DNA of 64,000 nucleotides from an uncultured Chloroflexia bacterium (GTDB lineage Bacteria; Chloroflexota; Anaerolineae; B4-G1; SLSP01): NCBI GenBank assembly GCA_963751345.1, contig CAVVUS010000011.1, positions 32,001 to 96,000 of the forward strand, read 5' to 3'. Shown piece by piece: positions 54,293 to 64,000 of this stretch (position 1 is its first letter; each line of letters starts with the position of its first letter). The notes under the pieces were generated by a model. It saw only the letters and a program-made list of their open reading frames with translations, ran no database searches and was not told where the DNA came from. The position numbers and the translations under genes were made by a program.

Positions 54293-54608
54293 TCACCAAA
54301 AAAGAAGGGTCACGAACTCGTTCAGGCACCGGCGCCATGTCAACCATTCGTGGGCGACGTCGGGCGTCTCCCAGTAGACGTAGTCGATCCCGGCTTCGTC
54401 CAGCTCTTTCATCCTGCGCTGGGTGATGCCCCATTCACGGGGCCCGCCCGTGCCCGCGCCGAACCAGAGCAGGCCTACCCGCGCGTTGAAGACTGCCGGC
54501 ACCGGGTGCCTCCAACCGGAACGTGATGCTGCCGTCGGGGTTGATGCGCGGAAAGGGCGCGCCGCGGACATTGGTGGGTGCCGGGCACGAACCTGCTTGC
54601 GTGCTCAT
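54293..54608 (-). pseudogene. Esterase (CBM48/Fes-like) with large internal deletion
   Basis: MSTQAGSCPAPTNVRGAPFPRINPDGSITFRLEAPGA (AAGGAGG RBS) joined at ~54497 to VFNARVGLLWFGAG...AHEWLTWRRCLNEF. Confidence 0.82.
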
Positions 54609-54723
54609 CGGACCTCCTTGGATATCAGTATACCTTGTGCAAGAACACCTCGCTCATTTCAGACCTCGTCGATTTCCCGGGCCTCCTTGTTGAACTGGAC
54701 CACTCGGTAAAGGTCCGTTAGCT

Positions 54724-55947
54724 TCATACACGTTCCTCGGTGATGGCTATCGGTTCCGGTGCGGGCTGGAGCAAAGGCGGTGCGTCAACCTTGATCGCCA
54801 GCGCGAAGGGGACGGACAGCATAATGATAGCCGCCGCACCCCAGCACAGCCACTCATATCCAACCACTCCCAAGAGTGTGCCCGCGACCAAGGACATCGA
54901 TACAGACGTAATGTGGTTGACGCTGACCCCGGCAGCCAGCGTCGGCGCCAGCTCCTCGGGTGGCGCGATGCGCCGTACATAAGTGGACAGACCGATCCGC
55001 AACGTGACCAAGAGGTTGATGCCGATCAACATGCCCGCCCAGGAACCACACATTGTGCACGGTTGCGTAGCCGACAAAGCAGAGCGCCAGGGCCACGTAG
55101 CTGGCCGAAAGCATGACTCTCTCTCCGACGACGTCGAGCAACTTTCCCAAGGATGGCGAAAGCACGAAGTTGATGATGCCGCTCACTACCAACAGGAGGC
55201 TGATCTGGCGGGCATTAAGACCATAGTCCTGTACCAGAATCAGGGTGCTAAACGTGCCGAAGACCTGCATGCGCGAGCCTTCGAAGAAGGTGAGCACGTA
55301 GTAGAGCCAATACCGCCGCCTGAAGAGTATCTTCGTCTGGGCTTGCGTCCTCAGCGCCGACATTGGTCGGAATCCTTAATAACAGGAGCCCCGCCGACAG
55401 CGATCACGACACCGCCGAAAATGTAGAATCGGCGCAAGGGTAGCGTGGTAGCCAATGCGGCCGTTACCCCCATGCCCACGATGGAGGCCAGCGAGCCTAC
55501 CGCTGCCAACGCGCCCAACACGCGTCCGGCCTCCTCTTTCTTGGTCAGGGCAAGGCCCAGCGTACTTTGCAGGGGCGACCAGTTGTGAAAGCCCAGGCTG
55601 GCTACCACAGCGACAACCAGGAGCGCACTGAAGGAATGAACGATCGTGTAGAGGCCATACCCCAGCCCCATCAACAACAGGGAAGCTGCCGCTCGCCGCG
55701 ATAGCGGCCAGCGCATGATCAGCGCCGCGATGAAGACCAGGGCCAGACCCGGTATCTCCCGTATGCCTGCAAGCCAGAGCACTTGCTTGCCGCTCATATC
55801 CAGCGAATCTACGAAGAAGTTGGTGCTTACGCCCCGCAGCAAGCCTTGCCCAAGCCGGGACAGGAACACCCCGCACGCGAGGATGATCAGGTAGCGGCTC
55901 CACATCGTGGACGCTGTCTTGAGCCTATCACTTGTCGAAACAGTCAT
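54724..55947 (-). CDS. MFS transporter (frameshifts near 55385-55345 and 55040)
   Basis: Three ORFs make ~408 codons; GIREIPG, GKLLDVVGER and SVNHI. Confidence 0.85.
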
Positions 55948-56037
55948 CTGAGTCCTTTCCGGTGTAGCTTCACTGTTGTGTTGTATACCATAGGGCTCTG
56001 AAAACCACCGCGCCGACGCGGTGGCCGCAGGTCGGCG

Positions 56038-57441
56038 TCATGTCACGGATAGCGCGTACGCCGTCTTCGTCGTTTCATCTGGGGCGACGACCTCGATCGT
56101 GAAGGTGTGACCCTGGTCCGGCACCGTTGCCTCGAATGCCTGCCCTGACTGAACCTCGTTGCCATCGATGGTGAGCGCATGATACCGGCGGGACGTCGCA
56201 GTGGGGATGATCTCGACGGTCTGCGCGTCCGGGGAAACCGTGGCGGTGTAGCTGAGCTGATCCGGCGTGAAGCCCTCGGCCATCGCCGCACCCTCGATCC
56301 GCAGGTTGCTCAAGCTCGACATCTGCTCTGGCGGCACGCTGAGGGGAACGTCGCGATTCACGTTGATGGAGGCCCAGTTGGGGTCGGTGAGCCGGTCGCC
56401 ACTCACCGTTCGCCATGCATTGCCGGGACGGGGCGAGGGGACCAGGACGTCCGAGCCATGGTCCACGACCTGCTGGGCGGCTTCCTCCAGGTTGTCCAGA
56501 TACCCTTCACCTTCCAGATACGGCACGCCGTGACCGGTACAGATGTATCTCACCTTCCCCGCTACCTTCGCGTGGAACACCTGCAGCGCCGAGAGGAATT
56601 TGTCAACACCCTCCGTGCTTCTCTGCAGCCACACCGCGTCGACGATCGTGGGCCCATTGCTGCCGATGGCATCGCTGGCGAAGAGAATGCCGCTGGGCTC
56701 ATCCAAGAGCGCGAGGCAGCCCGGCGTATGGCCGGGGACGTGGTAGACGGTGAGCCGACGGTCGCCCAGATCAAAGGTGAATCCCTCGTCGATCCATTGG
56801 ATGCGATCCTCGTCGATTTCGTAGTTCATGCGCTTTTTGAACATCTGGAGCGTGGGAAGGTCGGCGCGGTGCATGTAGACGGCATGATCCGCCTGGAACT
56901 GGCCCATCGCTGCGATGTGATCCGGGTGTCCGTGCGTGATGCACACGTCGAGGGGTAGATCGCCGACGAAGGGCTCAATGTAGCTACGCAAGTCACCCGT
57001 ACTCTTGCCCGCGTCGATGAGGAGGGCGCGCTCACTGCCGGTCACGAGATACATCTTGTCATTGATCCAATCCTGGATCAGTCGCACACTGGGGAAGAGC
57101 TGCTGTGAGATGAATGTTGTCTCGTCACGCGGCTCGATGTCATATTGGAACACGGCTTCGTCACCGACTTGATCGCCAGCGACAGCGATTGCCCGGATGG
57201 TGTAGGACCGCTTGCCGTCCGGTACGTCCTCACCGAATTGTTCAAGCGGGATTATCCGGTTGGCATCAAAGACCGGGCTGTCCGGTGTTGGCTCGGAGCC
57301 GTCGCGCGTGTAGTGGATCTCGGCGCCCTCCGCCTCGCACAACAGGGTGATCATGTGCGGGCCGTCGTAGACGCCTGCCTCCGGGTATGCGGCTAACGAC
57401 AGCCTAGGATCAGTTACTTCGTGGGTCTTCATAGTGCTCAT
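56038..57441 (-). CDS. MBL-fold metallo-hydrolase with N-terminal chitobiase/Fn3-associated and C-terminal cadherin-like domains
   Basis: IHYTRDGSEPT, THGHPDH, PGHTPG, GFTPDQLSYTA; AGGAGG RBS. Confidence 0.88.
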   Translation of the reverse strand: MSTMKTHEVTDPRLSLAAYPEAGVYDGPHMITLLCEAEGAEIHYTRDGSEPTPDSPVFDANRIIPLEQFGEDVPDGKRSYTIRAIAVAGDQVGDEAVFQYDIEPRDETTFISQQLFPSVRLIQDWINDKMYLVTGSERALLIDAGKSTGDLRSYIEPFVGDLPLDVCITHGHPDHIAAMGQFQADHAVYMHRADLPTLQMFKKRMNYEIDEDRIQWIDEGFTFDLGDRRLTVYHVPGHTPGCLALLDEPSGILFASDAIGSNGPTIVDAVWLQRSTEGVDKFLSALQVFHAKVAGKVRYICTGHGVPYLEGEGYLDNLEEAAQQVVDHGSDVLVPSPRPGNAWRTVSGDRLTDPNWASINVNRDVPLSVPPEQMSSLSNLRIEGAAMAEGFTPDQLSYTATVSPDAQTVEIIPTATSRRYHALTIDGNEVQSGQAFEATVPDQGHTFTIEVVAPDETTKTAYALSVT

Positions 57442-57529
57442 TTGCCTCCTGATGATCGTGATAGCTCGATCTCACGTGTGTCTGTCATTGTGCTTCCCTC
57501 TGCTCGCTAGAGTTTACGCCTTCCAACGC

Positions 57530-57715
57530 CTGGCTCAAGTCCCAGTCATCGCTCTCCAAACAGATCATGGCGGTCGAAAAGGAACTGGGATTCTCTCTCT
57601 TCGACCGCAGCCAAGCGTGATCAGGTTGGCCAAGGTTGGGGAAGGGTTCCAACTGCACGCCCGCAGCCTGAATGCTGCCTGTCGGACGATGCTGGCGGAG
57701 TGGGCGCGTTCAAGA
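57530..57715 (+). pseudogene. LysR-family regulator HTH remnant
   Basis: SQSSLSKQIMAVEKELGFSLFDRS, frameshift, then VIRLAKVGEGFQLHAR; divergent from the MBL gene. Confidence 0.75.
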
Positions 57716-57719
57716 CGGC

Positions 57720-57860
57720 GCCATCGCAAAGCCTGCCGCCACGACGCGCCGGCCTACGGCGACGGTTGTGCCCACCGAGACGCCTTCACCCACTCTTACA
57801 CCGGCCCCTCCGACGCCTATGCCGGAGCCTTTGGCGACATCTAGGCCGACGAGAGTGTGT
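57720..57860 (+). pseudogene. Pro/Thr-rich linker remnant of a secreted protein
   Basis: PTATVVPTETPSPTLTPAPPTPMPEP with no start or domain. Confidence 0.5.
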
Positions 57861-58253
57861 CGGCCACTGAGGTGGTAGTCTTCTCCCATTCTACCAAGGG
57901 GACATCGGCTGCGGCCATACCATCGGAGAGGCCTCCGGCAATGGAGGGCTCTTCGTATCCTCAGGTGTTGTTCCAGTCTGAGACGTCCTATAATTGCAGC
58001 AGGAAACCGAAGGTCGGGATTGAGGAGGACCCGAATGGCCGACGCAGACAGAGCGCCTGATAGAACCGAGCGAACCCCACGATCAGCCTTCGGGGGTGAG
58101 AAGACCCTCCGGCACAGGTTCGACCGCTATGGCTTTCTCATGGTGGATTTCATCTGCCTTTCCACTCGGGCAGTGAGAAATTCCGAACGATGACGGAGGG
58201 GCCTTACGTGGTGAGCGTCGAGAACGATCCGTGCCGGATCAAGGAGGGATACC

Positions 58254-59036
58254 ATGCTGCTCAAGGATAGAAGTGCCGTAATCTATGGGGCAGGAGGACA
58301 CATCGGAGGTGCGGTTGCCCGTGCCTTTGCACGTGATGGGGCCAAGGTCTTTCTTGCCGGTCGAACACTGTCAAAGCTTGAGGCCCTGGCTGAGGAGATA
58401 TCCGCCGCAGGAGGCGCAGCCGAGCCGGCTCAAGTCGATGCCCTCGATCCTCAGGCGATTGAGGCGCATCTCGAAGCGATTGTGAAGAAGGTGGGGAAGA
58501 TCGACATCTCGTTCAACGCGATCTCGATCCGGGGAGATCTGCAGGGCGTCCCACTTATCGAGATGCCACACGAGAACTACACACTTCCGGTCCTGACAGG
58601 CATCAAGACGCACTTTCTTACAGCGACCGCAGCGGCCCGGCACATGGTGCAGAAGGGATCGGGCGTCATTCTGACCCTCTCTTCATCTGCGTCGGTTCTG
58701 TCCGGGCGTGACCGTAGATTTCATCTGACCGGGGGCTTCAGTACCGCGTGCGCCGCGATCGAAGGTCTTTCCCGCAGCCTGGCAGGTGAGCTCGGCCCGA
58801 AGGGAATCCGCGTCGTGTGTCTGCGCCCCGATGCCATCCCGGAGACCTGGTCTACAGCCGGTGACGGCGACGGCAGCCCCAACGAGGTTGGGACGTATAT
58901 GACGAACGGGACCGTCCTGGGACGTCTTCCGACGCTGGACGAAGTTGCCAATGCAGCGGTCTTCGTGGCCTCCGATCGGGCAAGCGCGATGACCGGAACC
59001 ATCGTGAACCTGACCTGCGGCTCAGTCATAGATTAG
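58254..59036 (+). CDS. SDR family oxidoreductase
   Basis: IYGAGGHIG, IDISFNA, ELGPKGIRV and AMTGTIVN. Confidence 0.92.
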   Translation: MLLKDRSAVIYGAGGHIGGAVARAFARDGAKVFLAGRTLSKLEALAEEISAAGGAAEPAQVDALDPQAIEAHLEAIVKKVGKIDISFNAISIRGDLQGVPLIEMPHENYTLPVLTGIKTHFLTATAAARHMVQKGSGVILTLSSSASVLSGRDRRFHLTGGFSTACAAIEGLSRSLAGELGPKGIRVVCLRPDAIPETWSTAGDGDGSPNEVGTYMTNGTVLGRLPTLDEVANAAVFVASDRASAMTGTIVNLTCGSVID

Positions 59037-59127
59037 GCCTGAAGGATCCCCAGCGGATGCTTCGGCGTGAACCGGCGGAACGCTCCTTCATCCACCGCCG
59101 GTGAATCCGCTGCCGCCCATCGTGTTT

Positions 59128-59179
59128 CCATAGGATACCGAGAGCCCTCCAGCCATAGAGGGCTCTCGGTGTCCTATGG
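59128..59179. terminator. Long hairpin (22-bp stem)
   Basis: CCATAGGATACCGAGAGCCCTC-8 nt-GAGGGCTCTCGGTGTCCTATGG, one G-T pair. Confidence 0.7.
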
Positions 59180-59569
59180 GACGTGTGGTGCCAACACTGA
59201 CCCGGGATCTGGAGGTGTACCCTCGCTTACACAATACTTCCCAACCGGGATGTTGAAAGCCGCCATTGTGACGATCCCGTGACCACGAAGCGCCTTCGCC
59301 AGAGGGATGTCGCGATAATTTTTCAGATAAGGGTATTGCAATTTCAATGAATCTGGAGTAGTATGATGCTGACCTGAACGCAACCGAGCAGCGTCGCCGA
59401 CACTCTGTATGTCGATTGCTCACCGTGGCCCAGATCCGCGCGATACTGTCCCAGGCGCAGGCGAGGGTTAGTATTGGATGTGATCTGCCATGCCGTTAGG
59501 TGGGACTGCCGAGAGGCTTTCTAAGGACATTGGCAGGCAGGAGCAATCACTTGTCGACAGGGGGGACCC

Positions 59570-61911
59570 ATGAGCGACGAAGAGCTGTCTGATTCACCGG
59601 CACCGCGCGTGCCGCTGGGGGGGGACTATTGGCAGGCCGATCCGGGTACTGATCTATGGGGCTTTGCGGATCTGCATGCCCACCTTATGGCGCATCTCAC
59701 GTTTGGCGGCAACGCCTTCTGGGGACAGTTCTACGACCCCGAGCGCACCGGCGACGCCGCGATGGAGCACGCCCTGCCTTCGTGCGAGCCGATACACGGG
59801 GGTCTCTTGAATGTCAATCCCGAGTTCGGCCACCCGGCCGGCGGCGGGTGGCCCGATTTCATCATCTGGCCGCGATTCACCACGTTGATTCACCAACAAG
59901 CCTACATCGACTGGGTGTACCGCGCCTATCAGGGGGGGCTGCGGCTCATCACCTGTCTGGCCGTCAACAACGAATTGCTCGGCACGCGCAGCCGTCCAAA
60001 TGTGCCCACGGACGATCGTAGCGCCATCGAGCGTCAGGCGATGGCGATGAAGGAGCTGGTCAAGGAGCTCGATCGCCGCGCCGGTGGTCCCGGACAGGGC
60101 TGGATGCAGATCGCCTATTCGGCCGGCGAAGCACGCGCCATCGTCAAGGCGAACAAACTGGCGATCGTTCTGGGGATTGAGGTTGACTCACTCGGCAATT
60201 GGCGCAGTGTGGAAGATCTGCAGGCATTGTGCAGCAACGACCCCGAGCGCGCGCGTCAGCTCATCGGTGCTGAGTTGGACTGGCTGCACGCACTCGGGAT
60301 ACGTCAGATCACGCCCATCCATCTCACCGACAATGCCTTTCGGCGGTACAGCCATCTATATGCGCCTGCTCGACATCCTGAACGTCTTTGTCACCGGCCG
60401 CCACTATAGCGTTGAGAATGCCTGGGATACCGGCATTCGCTATCGGCTCGACCGCGATGGCACAGACGTGGTCGACGAGGCCGAGCGGGCGGTGGTGGCT
60501 TCGGGTGAATCGATGTCGCCTGAACATCGGCCGAAGATGACGCGCCAGGCGCTGATTCGAGAGGTGCCCGCCGTGCGTGATCTCTACGAAGCGCTGGAGA
60601 GCCCCTCGGTGAGCGGTGGCCACGCGAACGCCCGTGGGCTTAACGATTATGGCATCATCCTGCTGGAAGAGATGATGCGGCGCGGTATGCTCATCGACAT
60701 CGATCACATGTCGCAAAAGTCGACCGATGCGGCGCTCGACATGGCCGAGCAGCATGCGTATCCGGTCATTTCGTCGCACGCCTGGTTCCGGGATCTGGCC
60801 TTCAGTGCCGATGAGGAGTTCAGCCGCGCCGACCCACAACACTATGGCACCGACGACGTGCATAAGGTGGCGCACGAGGCGGGCAAACGCGCCGATCAGG
60901 TTGAGCGGCTGGGCAGGTTGGGCGGGATCATCGGTCCCATCCTCAACCAGGGCGACGTCGTGGATCTCGGCAACGTTCTGCCGGAGGTGGGAGATAAAGT
61001 GGCGCGTTCGGCCGCGGGGTCCAGCACGGCCTGGGCATCCAGCTATCTGTATGCCGTAGAGAAGATGGGCGGGCGCGGCGTCGCCATCGGCAGCGATATC
61101 AACGGAGCGGCCGGACTGCCGGGGCCCCGTTTCGGCACGTATGCCGCCTATGGGGCGCGCGGCGACCGGCGCCGTGAGGCACTGCGCCGGGCCCAGATTG
61201 ACGCCCAGGTCAATGGCGTGCGTTACGCCACTCCGATTCGCGACTATCGCTGGTATCGCTTTGACGAAAGCGGCTCGCATGCTTACGATCGTGAGGAGCG
61301 CGAAGCCTGGCAAGGCATCGCGCAATATGAAGCGGGTTTTCATCCCGATCGAGAGCAAGCATCCGGAGGGGGATGCCCCACGAATCTCGCTGACGACGGT
61401 CGATAACGCAGTGCACATGTTGTTCCGCCAGGACAACGTCGACAACATCACGCGTGGGCTGTGGGCAGCCGATGAGGCTGAGGCGGCGAACGCCGAGCCT
61501 GTGCGGAGCCGATCGTTGATGAAAGGTCACTGGTACGACGAAGAGTGGGCGGCGTATCTCGTAAAGCGTGGTCTCGAGCCGGCCGAGGGCGAACGTGACG
61601 ATGACGTGCTGCGGTGGTTCAAGAAGATCGGGGAGGTGTGGGGCAAGTGGCAGGAGATGTCCGGCGACAACCCGCCGCTGGAACGGAACACTGCCGGACC
61701 GCGCCGTGACTTCGACATCAATCTCGATGGGCTTGCGCACTACGGCCTGCTGCCGGACTTCCTGCAGGACCTACGCAATCAGGGTTTGTCGATTCAGGAT
61801 CTGGCGACGCTCTTCCGATCAGCCAACGATTATGTGGAGGTGTGGGCCACGTGTGAACAACGCGCGGCCATACTGACCGAAGCCGAGGCCGCCAGCGAGA
61901 GAGCAAAGTGA
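59570..61911 (+). CDS. Membrane dipeptidase (M19)/ceramide N-deacylase-like amidohydrolase (frameshifts near 60338 and 61355)
   Basis: GFADLHAHL, LGIEVD, IDIDHMS, SSHA, IGSDING and GLAHYGLLPDF. Confidence 0.85.
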
Positions 61912-61925
61912 GGGATCACGTGGCA

Positions 61926-61962
61926 GCCTCTACGGCCCTGCTCGGGACAGAGCCGTAGAGGC
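61926..61962. terminator. Hairpin after the dipeptidase gene
   Basis: GCCTCTACGGC...GCCGTAGAGGC. Confidence 0.65.
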
Positions 61963-62027
61963 CGCCGAGATGAAGAGGACGAAGCCTGGTCGGTAGGGCC
62001 CCTAACTCACCGAAAGGAAGTGCTCGC

Positions 62028-62627
62028 ATGGTATCCTCCAGCTCTGGAAGACGCCCCCGAATCTCTGGCGTTGTCGGGATGGCGTCTGCCGTGCTCTGGC
62101 TGGTTGCGCTGACGATTGAGTACCGTTACGATCTGCAGCCGCCTGGTGATGGTAGTCTGCTGTACTTCGCAGACTCGTTCATGTTCTTTCTCGCGCTTGC
62201 CGGCTATCTGATCATGCTCTTGGGACTGTGGCAAGCTAAGGCCACAGGGGAGGGCGCCTTCGGGCGAGGTTCCCTGGGCATCTTTATCGTGGGCTTGGTT
62301 CTATTACTCATCGCCCAGATCGTCTCCTGGCTGACGCGCAACCATGACAACTTCCTGTTCCCTTTGGGCGGGTTGTGCCAACTCGTCGGTGTCGTTCTGA
62401 CTGGGATTGCCGTGGTGACTGCCAAACGCTGGGACGGCTGGCAGAGATACGTCCTGCTGTTGCAGGCTGTCTGGTATGTCGTGCTCGTCATTCCCCTCTT
62501 TGTCGCCGAGGTCGTCATTCCCGTCGTTGCTACCAACCAAGGCCCAACTCAGTTGGGAGAGTCGCTCTGGCAAGTAACGTGGTTCATCACGAGCCTGGCG
62601 CTTTTCACTCAGTCCCGCAAGACATAG
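62028..62627 (+). CDS. Hypothetical membrane protein (about 6 TM)
   Basis: 199-aa hydrophobic ORF with AAAGGA RBS. Confidence 0.75.
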   Translation: MVSSSSGRRPRISGVVGMASAVLWLVALTIEYRYDLQPPGDGSLLYFADSFMFFLALAGYLIMLLGLWQAKATGEGAFGRGSLGIFIVGLVLLLIAQIVSWLTRNHDNFLFPLGGLCQLVGVVLTGIAVVTAKRWDGWQRYVLLLQAVWYVVLVIPLFVAEVVIPVVATNQGPTQLGESLWQVTWFITSLALFTQSRKT

Positions 62628-62735
62628 ACCGTCAGCGCACTGCCGGCGTTGCGACCAAGTAGATCCAGCATGGGAGCGTGTGACGTGTTCCTCGCGCCGC
62701 GCCTCCAGAGCGGCACCTGCAACATGTATGGTTTC

Positions 62736-64000
62736 TCAGTGCCCGGCGACCCTCACGGTACCCAGCCGCAAGTACTCATTGGCCAGCCGCCCGTAGTTGC
62801 CGAACTTCACTATGGCAGCCATATCATTCCCGTCCGGAGCGACGAGGGCGATGTCGACGAAGTAGTCGCCGCTCGAAAGGTCAGCCAGCTCCCAGGTATA
62901 CGACGCGGTCGTCGTCTGCTCCGCTGGCCAGTCTCTGGCGTCGGAGGAGACGGCGGTCTCCTGATAGGCCGGCGCGTCCTCGCCCACCTTGGTCAGGGCC
63001 AATGCCAGTCTGTAGGCGCGGTGGATCTTGTCCACCCCGCGGTTCTCAACTTGTAGCTCCAGCGTGTTTGCGGCGTTGGCCACCAGCGGTGACGGTGCCG
63101 TCGCCTGCTTCACGATGAACCAATAGCCCATCCGGTTGGCCCAGTCGTCCACCCAGTCCTTGCCGAGGTTGTTCACGAAGTCGCGCGGATAGTGATGGAT
63201 GCCGGCATAGCTCACCGGGGCCGAGCGGCACGACAAGACAGTATCCAGGTCCTCCTTCACCATCTGCCAGGGGACATTGGGCAGATCTTCGTGGCCCTGC
63301 CACTCGCGGATGTGGCGCGACTCCATGATGTTCGGCCGGTCCAGACGTGCCCGACGCATACACGGGAACGAGTAACCGTCCCAGCGGTAGGGGCTGTCGT
63401 CACGGATCCACGCATCCTTTTCGTCCAGTGCCCAGTCGCAGCATTCGGCTCCCATGTCATCATTCACGACGAGCCGGTGGCCCGGGAACGCATGCTCCAG
63501 GATCGCCCAATGTTTCTGGAAGGTGGCGAGGTCGTACGGGTGGCTGTGTCCTTCGCCCCAGCGCCCGAGCGAGCCAAGGTCGATGTAGCTGATATCATCG
63601 CGGCTGCCGTATCGTTCGCCCAAGGCGTTCATGAACTGGGTCAGCTTCTCGAGGTAGATGGGATCGTCGGCCAGTGGACGCCACTCATTGCCGTGCACGA
63701 TCTCGCCTTGGGCACCGGCCTTCTCCACCCACTGGGGCACCGCATATTTCCGGTCACACGGGGTTGGTCCCCAGTAGCCGTAGTTGGCAATCCGGAAGCT
63801 GAACGTGCGCCCGGTTCCCTCGAAGCGACTGAAGACGTTATCCAGCCAGGACCAGTCATAGACGCCCTCGCCGCCATCCTCGAAGCACGACCACGAGATG
63901 CGCGTGTAGATGTCGCTGATTGGCACATCGGCCAGCGTGTCGCCAGGGACAACGACTTCGGCCAGATACTCGGGATAGCCCCCGCCCCTGCAGCGGTTGC
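62736..64000 (-). CDS. DUF4832-containing beta-galactosidase-like glycoside hydrolase (runs off the window)
   Basis: YTRISW, GVYDWSWLD, LGERY, LGRWGEGH and NRMGYWF. Confidence 0.75.
   Translation of the reverse strand, partial: NRCRGGGYPEYLAEVVVPGDTLADVPISDIYTRISWSCFEDGGEGVYDWSWLDNVFSRFEGTGRTFSFRIANYGYWGPTPCDRKYAVPQWVEKAGAQGEIVHGNEWRPLADDPIYLEKLTQFMNALGERYGSRDDISYIDLGSLGRWGEGHSHPYDLATFQKHWAILEHAFPGHRLVVNDDMGAECCDWALDEKDAWIRDDSPYRWDGYSFPCMRRARLDRPNIMESRHIREWQGHEDLPNVPWQMVKEDLDTVLSCRSAPVSYAGIHHYPRDFVNNLGKDWVDDWANRMGYWFIVKQATAPSPLVANAANTLELQVENRGVDKIHRAYRLALALTKVGEDAPAYQETAVSSDARDWPAEQTTTASYTWELADLSSGDYFVDIALVAPDGNDMAAIVKFGNYGRLANEYLRLGTVRVAGH

Noticed and set aside
58035-58193. Short ORF after TATAAT and a GAGGAGGA RBS
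   Set aside because: No recognisable similarity; probably another 5' gene stub, not supportable as a feature
803-61740. Long antisense and alternative-frame ORFs (e.g. 803..1594, 17108..18400, 24703..25707, 48124..49443, 60324..61451)
   Set aside because: Shadow ORFs of real genes in GC-rich DNA, or frameshift run-ons; no independent motifs or RBS
2537-61911. Programmed ribosomal frameshifting or mass pseudogenisation
   Set aside because: The shifts checked are mostly 1-nt extensions of short runs (GCCATTGATT, ATGGGATCT, GCCTTTCGGC) with no slippery heptamers and no accompanying nonsense mutations; this is typical of unpolished long-read sequence
1-64000. Integron cassette array
   Set aside because: Gene content is cassette-like, but orientations are mixed, the intergenic hairpins share no sequence or RYYYAAC/GTTRRRY boxes that I could find, and there is no intI
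1-64000. CRISPR array, tRNA or rRNA
   Set aside because: No regularly spaced repeats, cloverleaf with T-loop or rRNA signature found by eye

Overview
GC-rich bacterial accessory region, probably Chloroflexota/Anaerolineae-like (C-terminal LYLPVVRR motif, Pro/Thr linker remnant, MalT-LuxR + DUF4386 module). It is a patchwork of 1-5 kb blocks of unrelated genes: glycoside hydrolases (GH29, GH31, GH2, GH92, DUF6259, DUF4832-like), SAM methyltransferases, GNAT, CPBP proteases, oxidoreductases, an orphan EF-G, secDF and a NarL-type two-component system, with many gene stubs between them. I see no integrase or transposase ORF, CRISPR array, tRNA or rRNA. Many genes carry single-base frameshifts that look like long-read errors. 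The main unexplained signal is four diverged direct repeats: an IS3-like 37-bp end, an 81-bp GH92 tail, a ~600-bp GNAT tail and a ~212-bp nitroreductase segment. In each, the two copies are different versions of one sequence; three pairs bracket unrelated cargo and the nitroreductase pair is directly adjacent. Three other genes are hollowed out, keeping ~27-37 N-terminal codons fused to their C-terminal part. Together this suggests homology-anchored gene capture and turnover without a dedicated recombinase, although assembly chimerism must be excluded. A candidate novel structured RNA sits directly behind a near-consensus sigma70 promoter at 30259-30423.
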